A stretch of 64,000 nucleotides of DNA from Macrostomum lignano. Its lineage: Eukaryota. The translations under genes were made by a program, and so were the position numbers. The stretch is from positions 39,059 through 103,058 of the forward strand of contig NIVC01000952.1 of NCBI GenBank assembly GCA_002269645.1. The letters are read 5' to 3'. This document shows, piece by piece, positions 30,048 through 41,217 of the stretch (positions within the stretch are counted from its first letter, which is position 1; each line of letters starts with the position of its first letter). The notes beneath the pieces are model-generated. The model made no database searches, was not told where the DNA came from, and saw only the letters and a program-made list of their open reading frames with translations.

Positions 30048-31500
30048 TTCTTAATTACATACTATTACATTACTAATATTATTCTTAGACCTATAGTCTA
30101 AACTTAAGCAAAAAAGCTTTTTATATAGTCATAGATTCATTTTATAGATAAAGATCTCAATTTTGCAATTGCAATTGATATTTAAGATTTTGACTTTTTT
30201 TCAATTGAATCTTGATTTTAAAAAGTGCCAAGAACAAAGAGCTCTAGGTTGAAAAACCATATTTTAAATATAGTACACATAATACTAGAAATTAATATAA
30301 ACACTGAATTCAAACAAACTGGTTTGAAAATTATTGCCAAAAATTCAACTTATTTTAATGTTATATATTGGGTAAAATAGAAAGTTCTTGGGATTTATGA
30401 GGATAACTATAGAATTTCTAGAAGCCAAATATGCAGAGGTATAAAAAGGCCATTGACTGCTATAAAGCAACACAAATTCAAGTTTTAGCTTCAGTGCTAT
30501 AGTACTACCACATTCTAGATCATGTAATATATGCCCAGAAATTCTAGTGTCCATTGGCCTTGCATGCCAGAAATAAACGTGCATAGTTAACATATATCAC
30601 TCTTAAAAAATAGTATGTGTGCATATCTAGCATGTATTTTATAGAATCCCACAGAAGAGTTACACTGTGTTAAATAGAAAAAAGATAAATAAGTTCATTT
30701 TTAAGAATAAATTTCAAGTTTTCTAAGTTTTTAAAGCTTGTAATAAGGCATTTGAACAAATCTTTTGCATGTATTGATTTTTTGCTGTAAATAGTGTTGC
30801 TGAAAAAGCATAAAAATCAACCAAATTGTTTGCAAAAAAGGTTTCTATACAATTCAAAAAAGGTCTTTTGTTGTCATAACATAAAAAGGTCATTTACTGT
30901 CCCAATAATGGCATAGTTTTAGGAATGGGATGGGTATGCACTCAATTTTTTGGCATGCATTTGTAATTTTTTAATTTTTTTCAATTTATGTTTAAAAAGG
31001 AACTTTTTCATCTTTTTTTATTTCACAATAACTCTTCTATATGATTCTATAAAGTGCATACCAGGTATACTATGCACACATACTATTTTCTTAGGAGTGA
31101 TACATGCCAATTTTATAAGCCTACTTTTGGTGTGCAAGGCCAATGCATGCCCTAATTTTTGGGCATACTATATGATCTAGAGTATAGAGAAAAAGTGATT
31201 TTTTTAAAAGTATACCAAGTTTAGTTTTCTAAAATATATAATTTTAGATGCTTGCTATCTGGGGGATGCTTGCTATCTGGGGGATGCTTGCTATCTGGGG
31301 GATGCTTGCTATCTTGGGGATGCTTGCTATCTTGGGGATGCTTGCTATCTGGGGGATGCTTGCTATCTAGGGGATGCTTGCTATCTAAGGGATGCTTGCA
31401 ATCTGGGGGATGCTTGCTATCTGGGGGATGCTTGCTGTTTTGGGATGATTTCTTTTTGCATTGCACTTCATTTGAGTATTTTGTCTCTTTTCTTTGTGAA
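28780..31500. other. AT-rich, almost CpG-free decayed transposon region with (TA)n and an 18-bp tandem repeat (31250-31440)
   Basis: Only two CpG seen (near 29223 and 30578) in ~2.7 kb. Confidence 0.7.
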
Positions 31501-32521
31501 GGCTTTATTTCGCTATCTTTTTGTTACTTGTAGAGAACAGAGATTCTATACAGATGCCCCCAACGGGGGGCGAAGATTGCTAGTAAATTATCTAATTCTA
31601 ATTCTTCTTTCTATATATGCATTATGCATAAATTATTTTAACCTTAAAACTGCACTAAAAATAATTAGGGCCTAGTGTATGTGTATCACTCTTTTTAGTT
31701 ATGGCAGGGCCTATAAGTGTGGAAATATAACAGTACAATTAAAACTATTCTTAGACTGATTTATTTTTCGAAACTAAAACATCCCCTTAGCACTTTGCCT
31801 TGTGACTTGAATAAAGGAATAGGAAAAAAGGAAAAAATGAGCTATAGGCCTAGCTATCAGGCTAAGGCCAGGGAAGGGCAGTAAGGCTTACACTTAGAAA
31901 TCTTTGTGATTTATTGCATAAATTCCTTAAAAACTTTCTATTTGTTTAATAGAGCTTTAACTAGTAAACATAATCTTGATATAGTTAAAAGTGTCGTATG
32001 TTCCACTACCAGGTGTGTGTTAATACTGAGTTAAGACCAAAAAATAAAAGAAATTAGTTTACTAATTATGTTTGATCAATTGAATTTAAATAAAGCAGAA
32101 GAATATATTATAGGATCAATTCCATGTGAAGTCGTGAAGATTGGTTAAAATCGAAATGATTATCTATCTCTATCAGAGGAATCAAATGTATAACACACAC
32201 AAGGAAACCTAATTCAAGGAAATGAGTAAACTTTCAAGGAAATCTTCTCGAAAGGGTGTATTGTTTTAACAAATTGCTTTACTTACATCAGCAAATATGA
32301 ATATCAGAAGTTAAATATCAGTATGATTTGCATTTGATTTTTATAGAAATAAGAAGAACTATATAATTTACAAAATTCTAGGAAGCAAATTAAAATACCG
32401 ACTATCACCGTTGAACGATGGCTTCGTGGATTTTGGATTCAGGCTCAATCTCTTATCTTTTTGCTCTTTATAAATTAAATACGTAAGGTCTTAGATTGGC
32501 ATAAATAGAGCTAGGGACAGA

Positions 32522-32637
32522 GGGCCCGTTCTATAAAGCCATCGTAAGATAAGATCGTTCTTAGCTCCTATCTCCGTAGTGTAAAAGTTCCGACGTACGA
32601 TCGAACTTACGCTACGACAGCTTTATAGTACGACCCC
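32522..32637. mobile_element. 116-bp MITE, Harbinger-like
   Basis: Imperfect TIR GGGCCCGTTCTATAAAGC / GCTTTATAGTACGACCCC; 3-bp TSD AGA on both sides. Confidence 0.6.
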
Positions 32638-33849
32638 AGAGTGTACGCGATCACTGACTGAGAAAGATATGCAGTGACGCAATGCTGTACAGAGAGAAGA
32701 GAAGGTATGAAAGTAAAGAAGGGGAGAAAGGAGACAAATTAGTGAAGGGAGAGGACAGGAGTGGAGAGGAAAGGAGAGGCCCAAGGGGGAGCAGAGGAGA
32801 AAAAAGTAAAGAGAGAGAAGATTGAGAGAAGGAAGCTGAGATCGAAGAGATATAAACTATTTATTTATCAGGCCGGATTGATATTGTGATAATTAAGTTT
32901 CAAAAGACCCGAGGGCCGGATAGAGAGGCTTCGCGGCTGCATGTGTCACCATGGTGCTGTATACACTGAGATGCTTGGTGGTACTGGCCATGGCTAGATC
33001 GAAAAGGGCAATTGCCAACAAGAAAAAAAATGTGTCTAAAAATAATTAAATCTTTCCTGACATGAAGTACATCTGTAACATCCGTATTATGGATGAAGCA
33101 CATCGCTTCAATGTACAATTGTACATGTAGTTGCGTCAAATGAACTTTACATGTACATGTACGCTCGTAATTCGATAACACCCGTCCCGATATATCAGAG
33201 AAGTATTTACCATTGAAATCTGAATTATCATGCATGTCATTGTTGCAAGAAAAACTTCGCTGAAAAATGATGGACAATTTCCATTAAACAGTTTTTTGAA
33301 ATGCACATGCACGTACAACATGTACCTTTAATTTTTTCATAGCTCACATAGAAATGCTTCACGACGTAAGTCACGCAGTCGAGGGCCTGCAGCGCATTGT
33401 ATTTCGATGGGCAACAGAAAACTGTTTAGCTCCCTGATAGGTGTTGTTGTTGCCCAGTCAATCCTTCAAACAACACCAATATTGGCCAAGAAGCGTCCCA
33501 AAGTCAGGCTTGGGGATTCGCCCAGAGTCGTATCATAGTCGTTGGTGGTAAAATATAACATGTAGTCAAAGAAGTAGGAAAGAAGTGACTCTAGACGTGA
33601 CTCTAGCGAGCTTTAACGACAGGATGTCGACACGTTGAAAGTCGCCAAAAAGTTGTCAAAGGTTCGCTTAAGACTTCAATTTGAAGCGTTTTATTGTCTG
33701 CGACTCTGAAGTGACTCTGGGGCCGTAGAGCCGTACCTGAGGCGTGCCAGAGTCGCTGTAGAACCGCTGCTGAGTTGTGTCTGAAGCGCATCTGCGTCAC
33801 TTTATGAATCAGAATCGCATTTCGCATTTGTAACAACTCTGTTCAATCT

Positions 33850-34050
33850 ACTTGAGCTCGTAGAAATCTTACGATTCTGCAACTCACGTGATGAGCTCGT
33901 GACTCAACAGGATCGCCTCTCCGTCGCATTGCGGTCGTTTGAGTCGTTAAAAAGTCGCACGAGTCGCCTTCAGAGTCGCTAAGAGTCACCAGTGAGTTGT
34001 TTGAAATAACTCTTTAGCGATTCTGCTGGTCACGGTAACGTTTCAACGTG
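33850..34050 (+). repeat. Dispersed repeat, second copy at ~40880-41042
   Basis: Shared AATCTTACGATTCTGCA..CACGTGA..GTCGCATTGC.GTCGTTTGAGTC.TTAAAAAGTCGC..CAGTGAGTTGTTTGAAAT..TTTAGCGATTCT..CACGGTAACGTTT. Confidence 0.75.
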
Positions 34051-34389
34051 GTAGTTAGCTAATGTAGTTTGTGCTTCGGAGCCGCGAATTCATTATCCTT
34101 TAATCCAAGACAGCTGTGCCAGCAGAGTTATTATTTTCTAATTTATTGAAACAAAAATTGCACTCTATGTACATGCATGGACACGGGAATGTACGGGGTA
34201 ACCTTCCTTGCAAATACCTTTTCCCAGCAGAGTATGATTAAAAAGTTAGTAGACACTGTAATACATGTAAATAAAAATACATGGGATCGCAAATTATACA
34301 GCTTAAGAAATGTAAAGTCAATTTAAATTACAGCGAACAACCAGATTTGTTTTAATAAAAGCAAAGCCAGTCAATGAAAATCGATCGCG

Positions 34390-35132
34390 CTAAGCCGCAG
34401 TTTTCCGCAGTCCCGCCATGGCGGCTGCAGTCTTCGGCCTGCCGCCTCCCGTGCCGACCAGCCCAGGCGCCGAGGCTGCCGCGGCTGCCGAGGTCAAAGA
34501 CGCGTCGCCACCGCCACTGCCGCCGCTGCTGCCGCCACCAGCCGCTGCTGCTGCAGCCAGCAGCGAATCTTCCGCGGCGTTGGCGGCGGTCGCGGCCGCC
34601 ACCCGAGCGGCGGCGGCGGCGGTGGCCGGCCGGGGCAGCAGGCGGGCGGGCACGGAGGTGGCGCCGATCCAGTCCGTCCGCTTTGCCTCGAGAATTCGCT
34701 GCCGGTCCAGCAGCCGCATCGCCGAGTCGCCATCGTCCTCGTCGTCCTCAACGCCCGCCTCGTCCTCGCCGCCTGGAGCGTCGCCGCCGTTGCGAATCCG
34801 GCGCCGGCGCGGCGGCAAGTCCGGCAGGCAGCTCGCCTGTCGGATTCGGCGTTTGTTGAACCAGTCGTCAACCGAGGGCGTCAGCTTGGTGTCCATCATG
34901 TGCGCCAGGTCCACGAGAAGGTCGCGCTCCGTCTTCTCGTTGTCGCGGGTCCAGGCCGACCAGTCTCGGTTGAACTTGGCGCACTCGCTGCCCAGCTGCA
35001 GCTGCATCTTCATGTTCTTGTCGCGGACGCGGATCTCAGCGAACGGTCGGGCAGTCTTGCGCCGGCCCCGGCTGCCCCGCTGCTGCTGCTGCTGCTGCAT
35101 GCTGCGCCTGTATTTGCTGCTTGCTCGCGACA
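34390..35132 (-). CDS. Orphan protein exon (poly-Q, helical core, Ala/Gly-rich tail); first exon unresolved
   Basis: GC-rich 247-codon frame after acceptor CCCTTGCAG|TG. Complex core MKMQLQLGSECAKFNRDWSAWTRDNEKTERDLLVDLAHMMDTKLTPSVDDWFNKRR. Confidence 0.6.
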
Positions 35133-36070
35133 CTGCAAGGGCTTGGAACTCAACTATATAGCCTTATTGTATTCAATAAGCTTTCACCTGCCTGTCAGCG
35201 CAACCACCAGCGCAGCAGAGAAGGGAAATTGCAAAAAAAGAGACGCTGGGTTGGCCTTTTGTTGCCGTTGGCGATCTCCTTCCTATAAATTTTATTCTTC
35301 TTTTGCACCGGGAATCCGTGCCTGTGCCTGTGCCGTGCGTCTGGCCAAGCGCTAAATGCGCAGTCTGAGACGAGCGGAGACACTTGAGAAGAATGGATCG
35401 TCTGAGAGGGGAGCTTTTCTATGCACTTGGCCTCCAGGCAGGTCCGGACTTGCAACCCCCCTCTGTGCCAGGAGTATAAGCTCACTCACCCGCTTTCTCT
35501 GTCTCTGAGTTTGCTCTGATGGATACAAAAGAAACACACAAGGTAAGAGAGAGAGAAGACTCTAAACACTTTTTCGCCGGTGCCTAACTCGCTTACAGAC
35601 TGAAGCAGTCCTCCTTCTCGTGTCGAAATGTCGCCAACTCATGGCAGTTTAACCAGCAAGGGGACATTGCTCAGTGTAGTTAAATGAGTACTGGCGCCAC
35701 TTGATGCACTGCAGGACCACAAGCAAGCAATCCAAGCTAGTTATTTGTGCAAACAGTTTTGCATCGCCCTACTACTGACAGTAATATAAAACACTCCCAG
35801 AGCTATACCGCACAATACTCAGGTTGGCATGCCTACGCCAATTCAAAATGAATTTAAGGCAAGCACCGGGCTGCAGCTCCAGTATTGAATTTTAAGTGTG
35901 TTGGTCACAACTCGTGTGCAGCGGCTATTGAAGAGTCTGCTTTAATCAAATATACCAACAAATGGCGCACAGATCCATACAGAGCATCACCAGAATGCTA
36001 TTGAAATTATCAGACAGCTGAGAACTCGGGCTTCGCGAAAGTGAGTTGTTAATATTCTACGGTAGAATGC

Positions 36071-36513
36071 TCAGACGGCCTCTTGCTGCGGCCACCAGCG
36101 CTTGTGTCCGTGTCCGGAGGCAGCCGCCACTTCGCGCACCTGGGCGGGCTCGGACGGCTGGTCCCAGGCCGGCTGCCCGCCGTTGTGATGCCGCTTCACC
36201 TCGATGTTGCCGGCATCGTAGTACTTGACTGGCCACCACCGCTTGTGCACGCTGCATGCATTGGTTTTGGGGGGGGTTGTAATTAGGCAAGCGAGTCTGT
36301 CGAACTTGACAACTTGAGGAAATCAGCCAGTCAGTCATGACTCACCCGCCGGCTGACGGGTGCGCATCGGCTAGGAGGGCGCAGCTGCCGAATAGGGCTG
36401 GAAAAAATTAATAAACCCCGTTATTTTTAGTCAACTCAAACAACAAATCCAACGCCAAGTCGGGTATGCTACTTACCAACGGCTAGAAGTAGTACGGTTG
36501 GCAAGAGTCGCAT
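36071..36513 (-). CDS. 89-aa secreted peptide (neuropeptide-like) precursor with three KR sites
   Basis: Exons 36513-36477 (donor GTAAGT), 36397-36346 (donor GTGAGT) and 36251-36071 give MRLLPTVLLLAVALFGSCALLADAHPSAGGVHKRWWPVKYYDAGNIEVKRHHNGGQPAWDQPSEPAQVREVAAASGHGHKRWWPQQEAV*. Confidence 0.85.
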
Positions 36514-36606
36514 TTTTTTCTGCTGCACTGGGAGCTAGGAGCGTGGAGTCGGGTAGGGCGCGGTCAGGCGGGACCATGCAAGCGTTGGCTGGGAGTGGCG
36601 GAGCGC

Positions 36607-36662
36607 TTATATATTGTATTGCATCTCAAGCGACTTTGACGAGCCAATGACCTATCAGGTCA
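36607..36662 (-). promoter_or_regulatory. Core promoter of the prohormone gene: TATA box, CCAAT and an everted AGGTCA repeat
   Basis: TATATAA on the minus strand at 36613-36607; CCAAT 36644-36648; TGACCT-ATC-AGGTCA 36648-36662. Confidence 0.6.
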
Positions 36663-37133
36663 AGTCAGTGCAGAACCAATTGGATCAATTTGTCTAATCT
36701 GTAATCGTATGCGCGATATGACTAAAAATTCGCTTTGAAAATTTGCCGCATTAGTAATTAATTGAATTGAGAGTCAAATTCGCCTGGGGCAAAAAACTTC
36801 TCGCTGTTTTACAATCCACTGTTGAGAAGGGGGGCAGAGCAAGGCAGCGCAGCGTCCCCTGGTTCGACTCCAGGTTAGATTAGAAAGTCAGGGCCGCTGT
36901 ACACCGAGTGAGCGTGTGCATGAGTGCGAGCCTGCGGACAGTGTTGGCACGCTTGCATGTGCTCAGGATATGGAATGCGATCTCAAGACATCATTTTTTC
37001 CGATGCGAAAGAAAATTAGCGCTTCTCGCTGCAACAGGCGGTACGACAAATACAAGTTCTCTACCGACCTGCAGCTGATTTCTACGAAAGTCGAGGGTAG
37101 CGTCTATCGCCAAGCGCAGGCGCACCCTGTCAG

Positions 37134-37578
37134 GGGGCATCACAAACCCGAAATATCACAAATCCGAAATATCACAAATCCGAAATATCACAAACCCGAA
37201 ATATCACAAATCCGAAATATCATAAACCCGAAATACCACAAATCCGAAATATCATAAACCCGAAATATCATAAACCCGAAATATCACAAACCCGAAATAT
37301 CACAAACCCGAAATATCACAAACCCGAAATATCATAAACCCGAAATATCACAAACCCGAAATATCACAAACCCGAAATATCACATACCCGAAATATCACA
37401 AACCCGAAATATCACAAACACGAAATATCACAAACCCGAAATATCACAAACCCGAAATATCACAAACACGAAATATCACAAACCCGAAATATCACATACC
37501 CGAAATATCACAAACACGAAATATCAAAACTCCGAAAGTGCTAAAATATCCAATGATATTTCAGGTTTATGATGGGAA
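37134..37578. mobile_element. Non-autonomous element with a 16-bp tandem array CACAAACCCGAAATAT in its left arm
   Basis: About 24 units at 37140-37525; one inverted unit (GATATTTCAGGTTTATGATG) near 37555-37575; no TSD found. Confidence 0.5.
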
Positions 37579-38015
37579 CTTAGGGAAGTTCAAAATTTTG
37601 GTTTAGCAAACCATAAAATAAGAGTTCGAAGACTGCGAAACCACATGCCATGTGGGGGTTAAAAGTGAAGTTCAATTTAAGTGCAGTTGGAACTTTTATA
37701 GCGCTCCTCGTGATAAATTTGAGCTGGAAATCTCTGATAAGGTTTCAAATTTTTAAAACCTTACCGCAGAGGACAAGGTATTTTTACCCAATGAGTCAAT
37801 ATTAGAAAGTCTAGCAAAAGTTCATCAAAGCCAGAATGAAACTGCCATGAGGCTTCATATTTGATTCATAAATAAGCCGAAATACTCTGTTTCTGCACAA
37901 GATTTACATTCCTACAATACAACGTGATGCAACTCCAATCGAAAGCGCTTAACCTTGACTTGAGCTGATTACATTGACTCCACAGTTTTGGATTCAATTA
38001 AAAAAACTCAGAGAC

Positions 38016-38324
38016 AGTTAAAATCAACATAGATTACAATTAATTCTTTCTACCGACGCGTTTCGGACCAACAATGGCCATCTTCAGGGTCTAGTGTATT
38101 TTTAACACTCACAACAACTTTATATAAGTGAACAAATGTTAACTGTACAGTCCAAAGGGCATGTCATGTCATGTCACGCGCCCTTTGGACTGTACAGTTA
38201 ACATTTGTTCACTTATATAAAGTTGTTGTGAGTGTTAAAAATACACTAGACCCTGAAGATGGCCATTGTTGGTCCGAAACGCGTCGGTAGAAAGAATTAA
38301 TTGTAATCTATGTTGATTTTAACT
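38016..38324. repeat. Perfect 309-bp palindrome (145-bp arms, 19-nt spacer) made of Penelope-like terminal sequence
   Basis: 38016-38160 is the exact reverse complement of 38180-38324; spacer ATGTCATGTCATGTCACGC. Confidence 0.95.
38250..38290 (+). ncRNA. Minimal type I hammerhead ribozyme (mirror copy on the minus strand at 38050-38090)
   Basis: CUGAAGA (38253-59), stem II GGCC/GGUC with AUUGUU loop, GAAA (38276-79), palindromic ACGCGU, GUC cleavage triplet ending 38285, short stem I ACC/GGU. Confidence 0.75.
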
Positions 38325-39371
38325 TTTGTTTTTCTCTGCCTGCTAAAGCGTGCTACCTTACCTCAGAGACAGTTGGTGTCGATTCCTGGAGAACATGCCT
38401 TCCAGATGGCCCATTGACCAGCTCCCTGCTCAGGCAGGTTCACCAAGAGCAAAGGCAAGTCAGCTTCTATACATTCATTCAGGGGTCATCAGCCAGACCG
38501 CCCAGGGACACACCAGCACCCTCAGGATAATTAGTAGCAAGCGTTCCTACACCGCAGAATTTAATTGGAACACAGCAATTTTTCCCCAACGCAATCGATT
38601 TCCTGGGAAAGGAGAAAATACGGGAAAAAGGCTAATAAATCCACATCGCGCCTCGGCGCTCGTTAATGGATGGAAATGGACAGACCGGGCGTGCATTAGG
38701 CAGAGACCACACCAGACTAATCGAATCAAAATGACCCCAACAGACCCCAGCCGGCTAGCGCAATCATCCCCGATATGGAACCGAAGCGCAGTCAGTCGGT
38801 TTCAATTCAGAAAAAATGGTTATAGCGATGCAGATGAAATGACAAAATCACATATGCTCGAGAAGAGAGAAATTATCATCGAATTTTACATTTCATGATA
38901 GCAATTGAAAGCAGAAAGCTCGGAAAAGCACTGCGGTTTTGTAAACTAATCAATGAGGCCAGAATCCCTGGTTCGATTCCCTGTGCAAACACATTCATTT
39001 TTCTGTTTGACGATCCTACAGACAATGCATTGTTTGTAGTAATGTATTGTTCTGCATTAAAAATGTGAATAATGATCGTCAAATTGCTAAACAATGACGT
39101 TGCGCCAGTGTGCCTCACAGCCCTCTAAAGCCTTTCAGAAAAGCCTCTGTACTGAAAATGGCCTCAGTATAGCTTGGCCATAGACAAAATTCCGCTCCTT
39201 TTTCCATGGAGTCCTCTTTCTGCTCACAGGGTGTGGAAATTGATTGCCTTAGTTAGAAAACTTATTGCGCCTTCCAGCAATTTTGGTTTGGGCCATAGAC
39301 TACACTTTGACTAGGCTCCGTGTACACTTTTAAAAGCGTCCATCGGAAAATTGACTGAAACAGCGATATTA

Positions 39372-40371
39372 CTGTGCCTTTTGAACTTCGGATTAGTCAA
39401 AAGTGAGTTCAAATTCGTCAGCGTATGCAAAACTATATAGCGCTCAAGGGGAAGAGAATGAGTGTCTATGGTAAATTTTTAGAGAGAGTGACTTCGAATT
39501 CGTCTAAGTAAGTGAAATTCGTCAGTGCAAATACAGCCTGATCAGAAAAAGTGTCTGCTTTGTCCATGGTAAGAAAAGGTGTCTATGGTAAATTTAAGTA
39601 AGAAAGTGGATGAATTTCGTCTGTGGAAAAGTAGCCCAATTGCCTGAAATCTTCATTTCATGCTTTGATTGTTGTCAGAGATGCCCTACATGAGAATTTC
39701 GTCTGTGGATCGCTCTAGACTCGTGCGATGTTTTCAACAAGGACGAGACTGGAGACATCTCACAATTGAACTGGATATCAAGATGACAACTGCCAGTGAC
39801 ATCATCAGGAGATATGTTGATGATGAGGGTAGGATCGATCTTAACGCGCGTGGCGATGCAGTGAGACCAAAGTTTTCTGAGGAGATGCTCGGGGCGTTGA
39901 CGAGGTATGTGGAAGAGAAGCCGACTGTGACCCTCAAAGAAATGCAGCAAAAAGCTTGTTGCAGATTTTCCCGCTGCTCCTGCTGTGACAACGCAGGCAA
40001 TCAGTCGTCGGCTTGATGGGACTTTGTGCGTTACATTGGCTGTTTGTTGTCATGTAGGGCATCCCTGACAACAATCAAAGCATGAAATGAAGATTTCAAG
40101 ACATTGGGCTACTTTTCCAGACGAAATTCACTCACTCTCTTACTTAAATTTACCATAGACACCTTATTTTCTTACCATGGACAAAGCAGACATTTTTCTG
40201 ATCAGGCTGTATTTGCACTGACGAATTTCACTTACTCAGACGAATTCGAAGTCACTTTCTCTAAAAATTTACCATAGACACTCATTCTCTTCCCCTTGAG
40301 CGCTATATAGTTTTGCATACGCTGACGAATTTGAACTCACTTTTGACGAATCCGAAGTTGAAAAGGTATAT
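39372..40371 (+). mobile_element. Internally deleted Tc1/IS630-type DNA transposon with ~320-bp TIRs
   Basis: 39372-~39692 is the inverted copy of ~40051-40371; TA on both flanks. The centre encodes an HTH fragment (RSRLVRCFQQG..LDIKMTTASDIIRRY..G..RG..RPKFSEE..L..YVEEKPTVTLKEM); no DDE domain. Confidence 0.8.
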
Positions 40372-41217
40372 TAAATATAGGTGTAAAAACTGGAATAAAG
40401 ATGGTCTATTAAAAAAAATGTGGCGATTTATGCCTGCACAAAAATGCAGAATGTCTAACGATCTTTATATTATAAAGCTTAATCCAAGGACTGATGAACT
40501 TTTGGACAAGCTTCCAGTCCAGATACTACAATTGAGAAGTCCCTGGCTATGCTAAGTAAAACAAACTAAAAACATTGTACAGAACAATAGGAATGAATAA
40601 AATTGAGTACTAGACAGTAGCTCCGGATTACTGAATGAGAGCCTAGCAGGGAGTTACTAATTTAATGTAAGTATAACTTGTAAATCTCAAGTGCACAACA
40701 TTAGAAATTCAATGCATACCATAACTATACATTACAGTGCATGCCAAGTTGTTATAGAAATAACAGCCTTCTTATATGTTCGCATTTCTCATTTTATTCA
40801 TATAAAAACTTACTCTACTTGACTTCATTAGAAAGTTATGCGCCAACACAAACATCTCTTGGACGACTTTTTTCCGCGAGATTCTGCGGAATCTTACGAT
40901 TCTGCAAATCACGTGACGCGCTCGTCACTCAACAGTCGCATTGCAGTCGTTTGAGTCATTAAAAAGTCGCCAAGGGTCACCAGTACAGTGAGTTGTTTGA
41001 AATGGCTGTTTAGCGATTCTTGTCACGGTAACGTTTTCAACGGGAATAATGCGATTATAATGCGTTCGCTTGATTCGAAGTTGAAATTGTGAAGGCAGAA
41101 TAACAAATCCATCACGAACGGCACTAGCGATTATAAGGCATAAAAATAAGGGCTAAAAATTTATTTGTATGTATTTTAAGGTAGATTTTCGATAAAAAGT
41201 ACAGAGTGCACTACTAA

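Noticed and set aside
36840-38990. tRNA B-box-like GGTTCGA(C/T)TCC at ~36860 and ~38970
   Set aside because: No cloverleaf or clear A-box; at most degenerate SINE heads.
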